The translations under genes were made by a program, and so were the position numbers. Below, in pieces: positions 9,992 through 23,004 of a DNA stretch of 64,000 bases. Origin of the DNA: Anthoceros angustus. Lineage: Eukaryota; Plantae; Anthocerotophyta. How positions within the stretch are numbered: the first letter of the stretch is position 1; each line of letters starts with the position of its first letter. The DNA lies in contig MU008168.1 in NCBI GenBank assembly GCA_010909165.1, positions 62,001-126,000 of the forward strand. Reading direction: 5' to 3'. The notes beneath the pieces are model-generated. The model made no database searches. It was not told where the DNA came from and saw only the letters and a list, made by a program, of their open reading frames with translations.

Positions 9992-12900
9992 ATGGCTGGT
10001 GGTGCCTCTAAATCAAACTGGAGTTTGCGGGATGATCCTGAGACTTGCAGGCCTGAAGGATATGAAGCTGGCGTTACGACTCAAACCGTGATGACGTTAT
10101 GTCTTAATGGCCATCTCGCAGAGGCAGTTGAGGCTTTGGGAGTTCTAGTGATGACAGACTGTTGTGTTTCCACATCTCTCTTATATGCTATGCTCAAGAC
10201 ATGTGTAGCAGGGAAGGATCTTGTTCTGGGTCGCCGCGTCCATGCTTTCACGGTGAAGTTGGGATATCAGTTGGACACGTTCCTGTGCAACCACATTCTG
10301 CGAATGTATGCCTCTCATGGCAGATTGCAGGACACGATGGAGGTGTTCAGCATGGTGCCCGAACCAGATGCCTTCATGTGGTCTTCCATAATTTCTTCGC
10401 ATGTCAAACAGGGACAAGACAAGCAGGCCATAGTGCTGTATGAACGGATGCGAAGGACCAGCGTGAAGCCAGACGGCCATGTGTTTGTGGCAGCCCTCCA
10501 GGCTTGTGCAAAGGGAGGAGACTTGCGAACTGGGCAGGGGCTGCATGCCCATGTGTTGTCAAGTGGGCTTGACCGTGATTTGTTTGTCTGTAACTGCTTG
10601 GTGGACATGTATGCGAAGTGTGGCAGCTTGGCGGATGCTAGAAGGGTGTTTGACGGACTCAGTCAGAAGGATGTCGTGACGTGGACTGCCATGATAGGAG
10701 GATATTCCCGGCAGGGCATGGGGAAGGAGGCCCTTTGTTTGTACAGTGTTATGCAAGAAGAAGGCATTGCTGTACCCAATTCTGTGACTTATGTTTGCCT
10801 CTTGCAGGCATGTGCAAGTGTAGGTGTGTCAGCTTTGAAGGACGGGAAGCAGCTTCATGCACAAGTTAGAGAACGAGGATGCCAAGGTGATGTGTCCGTA
10901 GCCAACAGTTTGGTGAACATGTATGCAAAGTGTGGCAGCTTAGAGGACGCTCAGACACTGTTTGACAGACTTGGTCAGAAAGATATGGTGACTTGGAATG
11001 CCATGATGGCAGGGTATTCCCAGCAGGGCCTGGGCCACGAAGCCCTTCGTCTTCATGCTGCTATGCAGAAGGAGGGCATCGTTGTACCCGATTCAGTGAC
11101 ATTTGTGTGCCTGCTGCAGGCATGTGCAAGTATGGGCACCCTGGCGTTGGAGAAAGGGAGGCAGCTGCACGAGCAAATTAGAGAGCAAGGACATGAAGCG
11201 GACGTGAAAATAGCCAACAGTTTGGTAAACATGTATGCAAAGTGTGGTAGCTTGGATGACGCTCAGAGAGTGTTTGACAGTCTCGCTCAGAAAGATGTAG
11301 TGACATGGACTGCTCTAATCGCAGGATATTCGCAGCAGGGCATGGGCCAGGAAGCCCTGCGGGTGTATAGTGCCATGCACAACGAAGGCATCGTTGTACC
11401 CAACTCTGTGACATTTGTGTGCCTCCTCCAGGCCTGTGCAAGCATGGGTGCCGGGGCATTGGAGAAGGGGAAGCAGCTTCATATGCAATTGAGAGAAAGA
11501 GGATACCAGACTGATGTGTTTGTTGCCAACAGTTTGGTAAACATGTATGCAAAGTGTGGCAGCTTGGAAGATGCTAAAAGAGTGTTCGATGGACTCGATC
11601 ATAAAGATGTGGTGACGTGGAATGCCATGATAGCTGGATATTCCCAGCAGTGCATGGGGCAGGAAGCCCTTCGTCTGTACAGCGTGATGGAAGAAGAAGG
11701 TACTGTTGTACCCAATTCTGTGACATTCGTGTGCTTGCTGCAGGTGTGTGCAAGTATGGGCATACCAGCTCTAGAGAAAGGAAAGCAGCTTCATGCACAA
11801 ATTTGCGAACAAGGGTATCAGGCTGATGGGTTTCTAGGCGGCAGTTTGGTAAACATGTATGCAAAGTGTGGCAGCCTAGAGGATGCTCAGAAAGTGTTTG
11901 AAGGACTTGGTCGAAAGGATGTGGTCACATGGAATGCCTTGATAACAGGGTATGCCCAGCAGAGTATGGGCCAGGAAGCCCTTCGTCTCTACAGTGCTAT
12001 GCAGGAAGAGGGCATCACTGTACCTGATTCAGTGACCTTTGTGTGCATGCTGCAGGCATGTGCAAGTATAGGTTCCTCTGCTTTGGGCAAGGGGAAGCAG
12101 CTTCATATACAAATTAGAGAACAGGGACACCAATCTGATGTGGTTGTAGCAAACAGTTTGGTAAACATGTATGCAAAGTGTGGCAGCTTGGAAGATGCTG
12201 AACGAGTGTTTGACGGAGCTGTTTCAAAAGATGTGGTGACATGGAATGCCATGATAGCTTTGTATTCCCAAAGGGGCCTGGGGGAGGAAGCCCTTCATCT
12301 GTACACGGATATGCAACAAGATGGCATGGCTGCACCTGATTCTGTGACATTTGCGTGCCTCTTGCAGGCATGTTCAAGTGTGGGCACCTCAGCTTTGGAG
12401 CAGGGAAAGCAGCTTCATGCGCAGATTAGAGAACGGGGACATGAAGGTGATATGTTTGTATCCAGCAGCTTGGTGAACATGTACGCCAAGTGTGGCAGCT
12501 TTGAAGATGCACAGAGGGTGTTTGACGGACTTGGTTTTAAAGATGTGGTGACCTGGAATGCCATGATAGCAGGATTCATCCACCAGGGCTTGGGGCAGGA
12601 AGCCATTCATCTCTTCAGTGTTATGGAAGCAGAAGGCAGTGCCCAACCCGACTGTGTGACATTTGTGTCTCTATTGCAGGCTTGTGCAAGTGTTGGCATC
12701 CCTGCTTTGGAGAAGGGGAAGGAGCTCCATGTGCAAATTAGAGAACGAGGACATGATGAAGATGTTCTTGTAGCAAACAGCTTGGTAAACATGTATGCAA
12801 AGTGTGGCAGTCTCGAGGATGCTCAACTAGTGTTTGACCGACTTGATAGCAAAGATGTGGTGACGTGGAATACCGTGATAGCAGGGTATTCACAGAAGGG

Positions 12901-13780
12901 AATGGGTCAGGTGGCCCTTCGTCTTTACAGAGATATGCAAGGAGATAGCATGGCTGTACCTGATTCTGTGACCTTTGCGTGCCTCCTGCAAGTGTGTGGA
13001 AATGTGGCAGCCTTACATGTGGGAAGGCAGCTACATTCAGACATTGTAAAACAAGGGCTTCAAGCTGATGTGTGTGTAGCCAGCAGTTTGATAAACATGT
13101 ATGGAAAGTGTGGTAGCATGGTTGATGCACAGGAGGTGTTTGATGACCTGCCAAAACGAGATGTTGTGGCCTGGAGTGCACTGGTTGCAGGCTACACCCG
13201 CCAAGGAGATAGTGAGGCGGTATGTGACTTGGTCCAGAGAATGCTAGAGGATGGGATACAGCCGGATGCCATCACATTCCTCAGTGTGCTAACTGTATGC
13301 AGTCATGCAGGTCTAGTGAACAAGGGGGAAAAGTACTTCGAGGCTATGAGCAGACAGTTTGGTATCACTCCCACGGTGGAGCATTACACATGCATGGTGG
13401 ATCTCCTGGGTCGTGCAGGCCGATTGGATGAGGCACTATCTTTGGCAAGGTCAATTCCTGCGCTGCCTAGTGCTGCAGTTTGGCACACTCTCTTGGGTTC
13501 TTGTCAAAAGTGGAGCAATGTGGAGGTGGGATGTCATGCTTTCAAGGAAGCAGTAAAGCTAGATGTGAAAGATGCAGCAGCATATCTGCTGATGTCAAAT
13601 ATATACAGCAGTGCCCAGATGTGGGAGCAGGCAGAGGAGATGCAGGCGAGGAGGAAAAGGATCAGTGCATGGAAGCGGCCAGGTCAGAGCTGGTGGACAG
13701 ACTTGGACGGCGTGGTGCATGCTTTTGCTGTTGGGGACAATACAGGCATCCCAAGAGTCGGACAAGGTTGCAATAGGTGA
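9992..13780 (+). CDS. PLS-class PPR protein with ~10 PLS triplets, E1/E2 and a WW-type PG box; DYW domain truncated
   Basis: Intronless ORF of 104-aa (312-nt) repeats MYAKCGSLEDA / KDVVTWNAMIAGY / PDSVTFVCLLQAC. P2-L2-S2 (TFLSVLTVCSHAG, HYTCMVDLLGRAG), E motifs, then KRPGQSWWTD. First in-frame ATG is 9992; a longer leader from 9574 is out of frame. Confidence 0.95.
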   Translation: MAGGASKSNWSLRDDPETCRPEGYEAGVTTQTVMTLCLNGHLAEAVEALGVLVMTDCCVSTSLLYAMLKTCVAGKDLVLGRRVHAFTVKLGYQLDTFLCNHILRMYASHGRLQDTMEVFSMVPEPDAFMWSSIISSHVKQGQDKQAIVLYERMRRTSVKPDGHVFVAALQACAKGGDLRTGQGLHAHVLSSGLDRDLFVCNCLVDMYAKCGSLADARRVFDGLSQKDVVTWTAMIGGYSRQGMGKEALCLYSVMQEEGIAVPNSVTYVCLLQACASVGVSALKDGKQLHAQVRERGCQGDVSVANSLVNMYAKCGSLEDAQTLFDRLGQKDMVTWNAMMAGYSQQGLGHEALRLHAAMQKEGIVVPDSVTFVCLLQACASMGTLALEKGRQLHEQIREQGHEADVKIANSLVNMYAKCGSLDDAQRVFDSLAQKDVVTWTALIAGYSQQGMGQEALRVYSAMHNEGIVVPNSVTFVCLLQACASMGAGALEKGKQLHMQLRERGYQTDVFVANSLVNMYAKCGSLEDAKRVFDGLDHKDVVTWNAMIAGYSQQCMGQEALRLYSVMEEEGTVVPNSVTFVCLLQVCASMGIPALEKGKQLHAQICEQGYQADGFLGGSLVNMYAKCGSLEDAQKVFEGLGRKDVVTWNALITGYAQQSMGQEALRLYSAMQEEGITVPDSVTFVCMLQACASIGSSALGKGKQLHIQIREQGHQSDVVVANSLVNMYAKCGSLEDAERVFDGAVSKDVVTWNAMIALYSQRGLGEEALHLYTDMQQDGMAAPDSVTFACLLQACSSVGTSALEQGKQLHAQIRERGHEGDMFVSSSLVNMYAKCGSFEDAQRVFDGLGFKDVVTWNAMIAGFIHQGLGQEAIHLFSVMEAEGSAQPDCVTFVSLLQACASVGIPALEKGKELHVQIRERGHDEDVLVANSLVNMYAKCGSLEDAQLVFDRLDSKDVVTWNTVIAGYSQKGMGQVALRLYRDMQGDSMAVPDSVTFACLLQVCGNVAALHVGRQLHSDIVKQGLQADVCVASSLINMYGKCGSMVDAQEVFDDLPKRDVVAWSALVAGYTRQGDSEAVCDLVQRMLEDGIQPDAITFLSVLTVCSHAGLVNKGEKYFEAMSRQFGITPTVEHYTCMVDLLGRAGRLDEALSLARSIPALPSAAVWHTLLGSCQKWSNVEVGCHAFKEAVKLDVKDAAAYLLMSNIYSSAQMWEQAEEMQARRKRISAWKRPGQSWWTDLDGVVHAFAVGDNTGIPRVGQGCNR

Positions 13781-13960
13781 AATGACGATAGAAGGTCCAG
13801 TTCCTGGTGCTACAGAAATGACGGCACTTTGTGTGGGCACAGGGAGGTGGGTGCTGTAGCTCCGAGGGGACTCTCAGAATCATGGCTAAAACGTTAATCC
13901 TTTGTGCAGCATATCATCTAAACACCGTGTATGTATAAGACCAAGGAGAGCAAGCCGTGG
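13735..13960 (+). pseudogene. Decayed remnant of the DYW deaminase domain, 3' of the PPR PG box
   Basis: Across shifted frames: GD..RHP..ESDKV, ALC-GHRE (HxE motif, ~13825-13847), and GTLRIMAKTLILCAAYH (position of RIxKNLRVCxDCH), followed by a stop. Confidence 0.6.
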
Positions 13961-14550
13961 TCATAACGTGTGGGAGCTGTCGCCGAAGGTGTCATTTGTA
14001 CTGCGATGAAATGGTGACATGGTCTTCCTTTTGTGTCGCGATCTGGCCGTAAACTCAGTCCCCCGCCACCCGCTGGCCAACTGGGTGCGAAGTTGAGTGC
14101 ACATTTTGTGCCAGCTGCTGGGGATCTTGACCTGCTCGTTTTTGGTCAAGAGGAAGTTTTTGCCCAAGGTTGTGCCTGAGCAGAACAACGCTTTGCTCAT
14201 GAGTGATTTGGTATACACCGTCGAGACGTCAGTCTTGAACTGTGCATCCCGATCTTACTACTTGGTTGGACGATCTAAGCATAATCGCAAGTCCACCAGC
14301 TGCAGCTGCACACCCTCTATTCTCTTGCGGATGGTCGCGATGCGGATCACGAGGAGCATAGAATGCATGCAACATGTGCAGGTGGTCGCTGCGGGGAGCA
14401 AATTCTGGTGGACAGCTTTGTAGCGTGGAAGCAGTTTCTCCGGCAAACATAGGGCAAGGACTCGGCACTACCGTGGAGCCTTAAAGAGGGCTGATGTAAG
14501 CAGATGCAGGGGACAGGAAGTGCATTGTGATTGATTTTAAATGGTAGTTT

Positions 14551-14766
14551 AGATCCACCCAGCCATGTTGAACAGATCCATCCAGCCATGTTGAACAGAT
14601 CCATCCAGCCTTGTTGAACAGATCCATCCAGCCATGTTGAACAGGTCCATCCAGCCTTGGTGTTGAACAGATCCATCCAGCCTTGGTGTTGGACAGATCC
14701 ATCCAGCCATGTTGAACAGATCCATCCAGCCTTGTTGTTGAACAGATCCATCCAGCCATGTTGAAC
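14551..14766 (+). repeat. Minisatellite: 9 copies of AGATCCATCCAGCC(A/T)TG(NTG)TTGAAC (six of 23 bp, three of 26 bp)
   Basis: Counted directly; contiguous units without unique spacers. Confidence 0.95.
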
Positions 14767-15160
14767 AGGTACAACTGCTGCTGCTGTGCACTTTAAAATG
14801 GCGAAGGTTCTACATCGTCTACCTCACCTTGTGGCCCCGGCTGTCTCGAAGCGTACCTTTCTTCAGCGACACTGGAGGACCGTGTATCCTCTTAGTAAAA
14901 CTCTCATTCTAGACTTCACAATCCCAACGGCCATTGAGGACGCCATCCTTTGATGATGCAATTTCTATGTGACGAGATTCAAGCTTGCCGTATGCCAGAT
15001 CACAGTGGCGCGGCTCCTCAAATTTTTGGCAAAGATACCAGATGCCATTTCAAAAAGTTAGTTAGCGACTTGGCTTCGTTTCCAGAACGATCTGTAATGT
15101 ACAGCGGCGAGTTAGTGAGGTCACAGGGAGAGCAGCTAGCTAACCACACAATCAGTTTAA

Positions 15161-19073
<3,913 letters not shown>

Positions 19074-20042
19074 TCGGCAACCTAGCGCATCGCTCGATTG
19101 CCCACCACCGCTGAACTTCAACACCAAGCCAGGCCCTCCCTCCGCACAAACAAGTGCACTCACATCCACACGCACATGGCACACTGCTACTGCAATCTGC
19201 GCGATGCGCTACTCATATTACCAGCTGCTTTGGAATGCCCTTATCCTGCCGCTTCCTGTGCCACATGCGCCTGCGCCTGCGCCTGCGCCTGCTCAAGCGC
19301 CCTGCAGACTCGAGTCGAGAATCCAATGCTCGTTTCGCTCTCTCTCTCTCTCTCGCTCCCTTCTTGGGCTCCTTGTCAAGACTGCCCGCCGGCTCCCGTC
19401 TCTTCCTTATGTAGCCCAATCAGGAGTCACAGGCAGCCAGCCAGCCACCAAGACCCGGACCCGGACCCGGAGCATGACAATGTCACCCGACGAGGCCCCA
19501 AAATTAGAAGCGTTGACGAAGTGACGAGGAGCAGGAGGGGGGGGGGTAGCAGAGCAACAGGAGCAACGCCCACACAGACACAGCCGGAACCAGCACCGGA
19601 ACCAGCGCCGGCACCGGCACCGGCACCGGCTACCAGGCCCACGGCCTGCTGCCAGTGCTTTTACCCGGAACCGGGATGTGGGAAACCCCCAGTCAACCAG
19701 CTTGGGAGCTTGGGAAAGCGGGCAGGGAGGGGGACTTACACTAGAAGGCAGAGTCCAAGTCATGGCCTGACGACCGCAGTCCACCCTGCGTCGCTGCGTC
19801 CTTTATTTATGGCATTCCTGCAAAGAATCGGCGTAGGAATCGCGGCGCACAAGCAGGGAGGAAGGGATAAAGGCGGGCGCCTTCAGCCCTTGCTCCGCCT
19901 CCTCCCCACAACGTGCGTATTGCGCTGCAGTGGCCTTGCAACCCGTGATAGACTGCCCCCCGTCCACTGATCACCTGCCGCTGCGCATACACGAGCCAAG
20001 TCATCAGGATTCAGGCTCCGATTACTGTACCCGGTCCACGAT

Positions 20043-20204
20043 TTGACTCCATACCGCCCACTAATAAGAGGTCAAGCTACCTGACATTCGTGCACCCGGC
20101 AATGACAACAGTGCAGACCGACAAAAAAACAAAAACAATGTGTAACAGCTCTGCCGACGAATGGGGTTGGCCAAGCCTTTACTGCACCTTGACCATTCTT
20201 GACT
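20043..20204. promoter_or_regulatory. Cluster of four W-boxes upstream of the WRKY gene
   Basis: TTGACT 20043, GGTCAA 20070, TTGACC 20189, TTGACT 20199; a further AGTCAA at 19691. Confidence 0.45.
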
Positions 20205-20550
20205 GCAACTTCCTTCCCTCCTCGGGCGGCGGCAGCCCCCCTCGGATGGATTATTGCACCGCCTTCCTTCACCCTGCAACTTCTTCTCCACCGACGGGGT
20301 GATCGTCACGTCACCCACGTCACCGCGCAAGTGCATCGAATTGGCTCCGGCCCAATTTGGTACTGGACGGTTCTAGAACAACGGCACGATAATCAACGCA
20401 ATGTACTACACACGCCAGGCTGCTACCACATGATACACATGCACAAAACGAGGCAGGCACCCGCCCTCCGCCCAATCGGAACAGCTTTTCCATTGCAACG
20501 GCTTTGCTATACAAGTAATTGAGCGGCGGATAAACACCTGCTGCTTTGGC

Positions 20551-22860
20551 TCAGGAGACGCTAGGCTCCTCCGTACTGTCTCCTAACCACTTCAGGTACT
20601 CCGGGCTCCCTCCGAGGATGGGGAGAGCGATGACCTCCGGCACCCTGCAAAGGAATGACGTATCAGTCAGCTTTGTGGGTCTCGCACGGTCAGTCCCGTA
20701 CCAATGGATGGAACAAGGAACTGCAAGAAGGGCGGCAATGGGTAACATGTGATCTGCGCACACATACGAGTAAGGATGATTAGCTCGCACGTGGGAAGTG
20801 AGGGCCGATAACAAAGTTTGCCGTGTCTTGATAATTAGTAGAAGCTCTTGGTCTGTGGTAACCTGGAAAGTCGGAACACCCACAGGGTTAGAATCTACTC
20901 ATAGCAGCCGGGCTGTGCAAATTCGACCTGCGGGGTTGCAGCGTGGCGAGGGAGGGAAATACCTTGCCCTCCCACTGATAAGTAGACTGTACACCTGCAA
21001 AGCGAGCCAAGGAAACACACTTAAACATGCATTGCCCGCAGCTCACCTACACACTCTAGACTGTCAGCCGAACTGTCGTCGAAGGCTGGCAGGCATGCCT
21101 CAGAGAGAAGATTAAGCAGAAAATCATACGCCATCAAGGGCTCATATGACACACACTGTTGTTTCTTCATCACTGGCACACTCCACCCTAGACCAACTTC
21201 ACATTACAAAAGCTACGTAAAAGGCCTCAGTTCTTGGTGATAGTAAGATTCGTCTCTCACCTGGCCAAAGACCATCGGGAGTAGCAAATATTTTGTGACA
21301 TCAACGGCCAGAAGTCCAATCCGAACACGGCACTTTAGACCGTAACAAACTACCAACGCCCAATAACCTAACCCGTCAACGCCACACGCAGCATGCACTC
21401 ACTACAGCCAAAAGAATCTCGTGCATTGTTCACGAAAGGGTGTCAGTAGCAGTGGCCTCATCGATCTCGGTGGAAAGGTCGACATCACTTAGTCAAACTA
21501 TCAAGAGTAGCAAATATTTTCGTATAATCACCGGCCACATGCAACAGCACAGCCAAGCCACATCCATGATCATCCGCAAGTGTACGAGGCTCAGTCAACC
21601 TTCTCTAAAAATGCTCTCATCACAATGCCGCCAGCAGGCAGCAAAGCCTGGGTAGCAAAACAGACCGGCCTTTAGATTCCTCATTGCCAGAAGAGAAAAA
21701 GCAAACTACATTTCACGCGCATGGCCTCAGAGATCTTGGTGGATACTCATCAACTGACTTAAAGCCATCAAGAGTAGCAAATATTTGAGTTCATCAAAGG
21801 CCAAAGGAGCCAATCAAAGCCAGAGTCACAAGTCATGCACAGGGACCAGTGGGGCTACACACACGAGCAGACAACATTGCGGCAGCAACTTGACCAAGTA
21901 CTCCGCCGCTTCTCATAAGTAACGACGGGTCATTAGACTTGTGCAAAACCATAAACCCTTACCAGGCACTTGATTCACACACGCAGCCAGTCCGTTCGAG
22001 ACCAAGCCGTTGGCTAGCTTTGTGCCTGCAATCCAGAAATAAATTTCTCTGAGAAGAAGGAAAACCTACACTTTGCGACACGATGCATTCAAAAGAAACT
22101 GTACTCGCACCAGTCGCAGCGTCGGGTACAGTCACGTATACGACGATATAAGGAGAAACCAACGCGTGCTCCGCCATGGCACTCACAGAAGCTGGAACTT
22201 CGGCGCTAGCTGAGAAAGCGGGTTGTCTTCGCACCAAGGAGGGGCTGATCACCGATACGATGGAACAAATCAGCACCACAGCTAACCCCTCCAGTACCCT
22301 CCTCAGGTTCCGAGACAAAGAAGGCCACATGCAGCGACAAGGGACACAAGAAACGAGTCACTCCCGTTTCTGGAGACAGGAAGAAACACGATCAACCTCC
22401 TAAACTGCACGTCAAGCAACCACGATCTGGAACAATACGAGACGCCAAGGGAAAAAACCGTCACAAAACAAAAAGAAAAGACAGACCGCCGCAACCCTCC
22501 AACCCTAGATAGTACCACCTGCAGCAACAAGGAGTGATTGCATGAAGCTTCAGCTGGCCCCCTTTACATCCCATCACTGACAAGCTCCGGGCAAAGAGCT
22601 GAGCCTACAGCACAAAGAAATCCAGCCCTCAGAAGCACAAGATTTGCCTCTACCTCACAAGAACCGTACTTCTACCGCCATTTCTCCTGACCCCTAAGCC
22701 TTGCATGCAAGCGGATGAATCTCCAAACAGACAGACAATCACTCACCCCGCCGAGATGCCTCCGGCAGCCTCCCCCTGACGCAGTAGCCGCCACCGCGCA
22801 GGAGCAGCGGGGAAGCGCAGAAGCCAGCGCCAGAGCTCGGGGCGCCACTCCCACAACCAT
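20551..22860 (-). CDS. CUTA: Divalent-cation tolerance protein CutA with probable plastid transit peptide (multi-exon); snoRNA host gene
   Basis: Exons YIVVYVTVPDAATG|TKLANGLVSNGLAACVNQVPG|VQSTYQWEGK|VTTDQELLLIIKTR..HPY|VPEVIALPILGGSPEYLKWL. Confidence 0.92.
21095..21179 (-). ncRNA. Box C/D guide RNA with two U6 snRNA antisense elements (predicted Am47 and Cm77, human numbering)
   Basis: GUGCC stem, C box GUGAUGA, guide GUGUGUGUCAU + D' AUGA, guide UAAUCUUCUCU + D CUGA, closing GGCAU. Guides complement U6 AUGACACGCA and AGAGAAGAUUA. Confidence 0.8.
21223..21309 (-). ncRNA. Box C/D snoRNA, U24/snoR12-like variant with a shifted D guide
   Basis: GGCC/GGCC stem, C box UUGAUGU, AAUAUUUGCUACU + D' CCGA, UACUAUCACCAAGAA + CUGA; complementary to 25S rRNA GAUCUUGGUGGUAGUAGCAAAUAUU. 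Confidence 0.8.
21452..21538 (-). ncRNA. U24: Box C/D snoRNA, U24 paralog with variant boxes
   Basis: GUGGCC/GGCCAC stem, C box GUGAUUA, AAUAUUUGCUACU + UUGA, CCACCGAGAUCG + AUGA. Confidence 0.75.
21588..21688 (-). ncRNA. Candidate orphan box C/D snoRNA
   Basis: GGC/GCC stem, C box AUGAGGA, internal perfect GUGAUGA (C'), terminal CUGA; lies between two U24 copies; target not recognised. Confidence 0.5.
21722..21803 (-). ncRNA. U24: Box C/D snoRNA U24 (25S rRNA; yeast Cm1437/Am1449 equivalents)
   Basis: UGGCC/GGCCA stem, UUGAUGA, AAUAUUUGCUACU + UUGA, C' UUGAUGA, CCACCAAGAUCU + CUGA. Both guides match canonical U24/SNORD24. Confidence 0.9.
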
Positions 22861-23004
22861 CTGTTCCCGCCACTCACATCGGCTTAAACCCTAACCGGGA
22901 GATTTATATCTGGCTGTTCGATCGGTACATTCGAATAAGTGACCGTACAGGGGGCTGGGGTTACTCTCCGTCCATCCATCCGTTCGTCACCTCAGCCAGC
23001 TCCG

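Noticed and set aside
13670-13700. U-to-C (KP/GRP-type) editing factor
   Set aside because: The motif is PGQSWW (WW type), not KPAxA, and the domain is truncated.
13961-14468. Minus-strand ORF pieces containing DRDAQFK, also present in the PsaN-like gene
   Set aside because: A 7-residue match flanked by stops with no further similarity; no family recognised.
14551-14766. CRISPR-like array or repeat-peptide ORFs (GWMDLFN...)
   Set aside because: Units are contiguous with no unique spacers, there are no cas genes, the context is eukaryotic, and the 23/26-bp periods are not multiples of 3.
21095-21120. 18S rRNA Am28 (U27-type) target for the U6 guide
   Set aside because: Pairing with AAGAUUAAGC fails at the four positions next to box D, whereas U6 pairs continuously.
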